Positions 62,016-64,000 of a stretch of 64,000 nt of DNA are shown here, in pieces; the first letter of the stretch is position 1, and the number at the start of each line of letters is the position of its first letter. Under the pieces are notes generated by a model that worked only from the letters and a program-made list of their open reading frames with translations, searched no databases and had not been told where the DNA came from. The stretch comes from Lama glama (Eukaryota): the NCBI GenBank assembly GCA_028534125.1, contig CM052816.1, forward strand, positions 24,864,001-24,928,000. Reading direction: 5' to 3'. Made by a program: the position numbers and the translations under genes.

Positions 62016-62426
62016 CAGAGGTCATGAACTAGCAGGGTAGAGGATGGAACAGGCCTGCAGGTGTTTTATTGGTTTGTTTGTTGATTTATTTTAATGTGTT
62101 TAAAAGTTAATGCAGCAATTTTAAAATCAGGAGATTTTCAGGCGAAGGTTTGGATTTCAGCTTTTTGATGCTTCAGCTAGCAGTGGTCCTGCATTCCCAC
62201 GTGGTCATCACAGTTGGGGACCCGCTGCCTTCAGGTGGGCTGGGGCTCTCCACGTTTCCACAGCTGCCCATCCTCCGTTGCCTCTTCCACTGGGCCTGTG
62301 TCAGCTGCTGTTCATCATGCTGCTTGCACTTTAGTTTTCTCCGACCCCCAAACTTTTCTTACTCAGCTGATTTCTGTATTAATGTCACCTGTCCAGCCCT
62401 TATAGACATTTATGTTTATGACCCTA
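62016..62426 (+). mobile_element. MER102-like hAT-Charlie element
   Basis: 'cagaggtc..aactagc..ggcctgcaggtgtttt..tttaaaatcaggagattt..gcattcccacgtgg..gtcacctgtccagccc.tagacatttatgtttatgaccc' follows the recalled MER102 consensus. Confidence 0.75.
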
Positions 62427-64000
62427 ACTCCTCTTAGTATCCCCGTTTTTGAAATTGGAGGGATGAGTTAGGAGATGTATTTTCCAAATCTTAACAACCT
62501 GGATACTATTTTCTACTAATATTTGTATAAGACATTAGGGGAAAATGGATTAATTAGAATAAGGAGAGATTTAGGGTAGTCACGAGAAAGAACTGCTAGA
62601 AGAAAATGTGAAAGAAACGTTTTTTTTTCCTGTTAGAGATTTTGAACTCTTGATTCTTAATTAAAGAAGGATAATTGCTTATATCTGTGCAATGCTATAG
62701 TACTTTTGAAAGTGCTGTCTTATAAAAGAACTTGTATGAGCCCATTTTATGAGGCTGTTGTTTTAGAAAGGACATGGATGATGGGTGATAGTCCCATCTA
62801 GGATGAACTCCATTGTGGGTGTGTGTCTCGGGGGGTAAATTAAGGACTTTATCATGGTTTCTTTTGGCTGTATAATTCCATTTTTCATAAAGACTGTGAT
62901 CTTTCCTAGAAGAGTAGTAAATACACTGCAAAGGACTGAAGCTATTAGAACATGTTGGCTGCTTACAAAGATGGTTTAGGTTCCCCCTTTTATACTGATT
63001 TATGAGGCAGGTGGTATTAGCAATCATCCAGCTTATTACAACTATTTTCATTTCAGTATTGTAAATCTGAAGCACACCAAGATGTTTTCAAATAGCTGGC
63101 GAGACTTGGGAAATTTCTGTCAATTCAGGTTTCAGATAAGCACCTGTGGTGTGTGTAGAAGTCATTTGGCAGATTTCCCTTTTCTCCATTTCTACCTTAG
63201 TTTGGATTTGCAGGGAGAACAATGTTGGGATGAGTATCCAAACGTGTAAGGATAGCGTGGTGCCTGAAAAAGACCTCTGGCCACACATTTCAGTAGCCTG
63301 GGTCCAGGGCTTGCCATTTACCCTTTGTGTGACCTTGACTCATCTATAAAAGAGGGGGATTACTACAGCAAAGCCTGGCTTCCTCTGTGAGCCCGACACA
63401 CGGACCCCTGAATGGCACATTGAATGGCTTCTATTCTCCTTCCCACAGCCGTGGTAACTGCTCACTCTCAAAACTGTTCAAGACAACTAGTGTGTTAAAG
63501 CTTCCCTGAAGGAGAAGTATTTGCTCACAATTGGTAAAAAGTTGTTTAGAGTCAACAGTCAATGATATTTGAGCTTCCAGGAAGTTGCTTGGAAGACAGC
63601 AGTGGCAGGTACAGCTAGACTAAAGAATAATCTGGAGCACAGCAATGAGATAGTGTATTTTTGGCTACCTTTTCCCTTTACCTCTTCCCCTCTGGTAATG
63701 CTCGTGTCTCTAATAGTCCAAAGTCCTTTGATCACCCATGTCTCACAACTATGTCCTCTTGAGCAAGTGCTTCTTCTCCAGATCCTAACCCACTTGCTTT
63801 TTCCACCAAAATTTGGGTGTTGCAGTTTTGTGAAGCCCTAGTCCCTAAACAGATATAGTAGTTTACAAGTATGTGTTAAGGCAAACAGTGACTTACTATC
63901 TTGCCCCTCTGTTCCATTTGCATTCTAATCAGGGATATTCACAATCACAATACACAAACACATTATTGTCACTAAAGATAGAATTATAGATACCAAATGG

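Noticed and set aside
62695..63349. 126-aa and 66-aa minus-strand ORFs
   Set aside because: No recognisable homology, and the apparent acceptor reads ctgcaa rather than cag. Consistent with chance ORFs.

Overview
This is a 64-kb AT-rich, CpG-depleted stretch of placental-mammal non-coding DNA (intron or gene desert). I can find no intact protein-coding gene, RNA gene or prokaryotic-type system. The only recognisable gene-derived sequence is a processed RPSA pseudogene (~60985-61990, +). The rest is unique sequence plus interspersed repeats: three young 5'-truncated L1 copies with target-site duplications, old L1M/L2/MIR fragments, ERVL LTR plus degenerate gag remnants, an ERV1-type solo LTR, several Tigger/hAT DNA transposons and microsatellites. 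The young L1 3' ends, and the absence of Alu, B1/B2, Bov-tA/BovB, PRE-1 or SINEC, suggest a cetartiodactyl, most likely a camelid (inference). The most notable observations are three. (1) The 3' half of the RPSA retrocopy has become a CpG-island-like segment (~39 CpG in ~470 bp versus 2 in the ~440-bp 5' half) with AT->GC-biased changes and NRF1/ETS-like motifs. (2) An unassigned multi-hairpin element built from a ~60-bp unit lies at 55.4-55.76 kb. (3) An unassigned diverged ~320-bp direct duplication has its copies ~1.29 kb apart. Repeat family names come from recalled consensus sequences, not a database search, and most boundaries are approximate.
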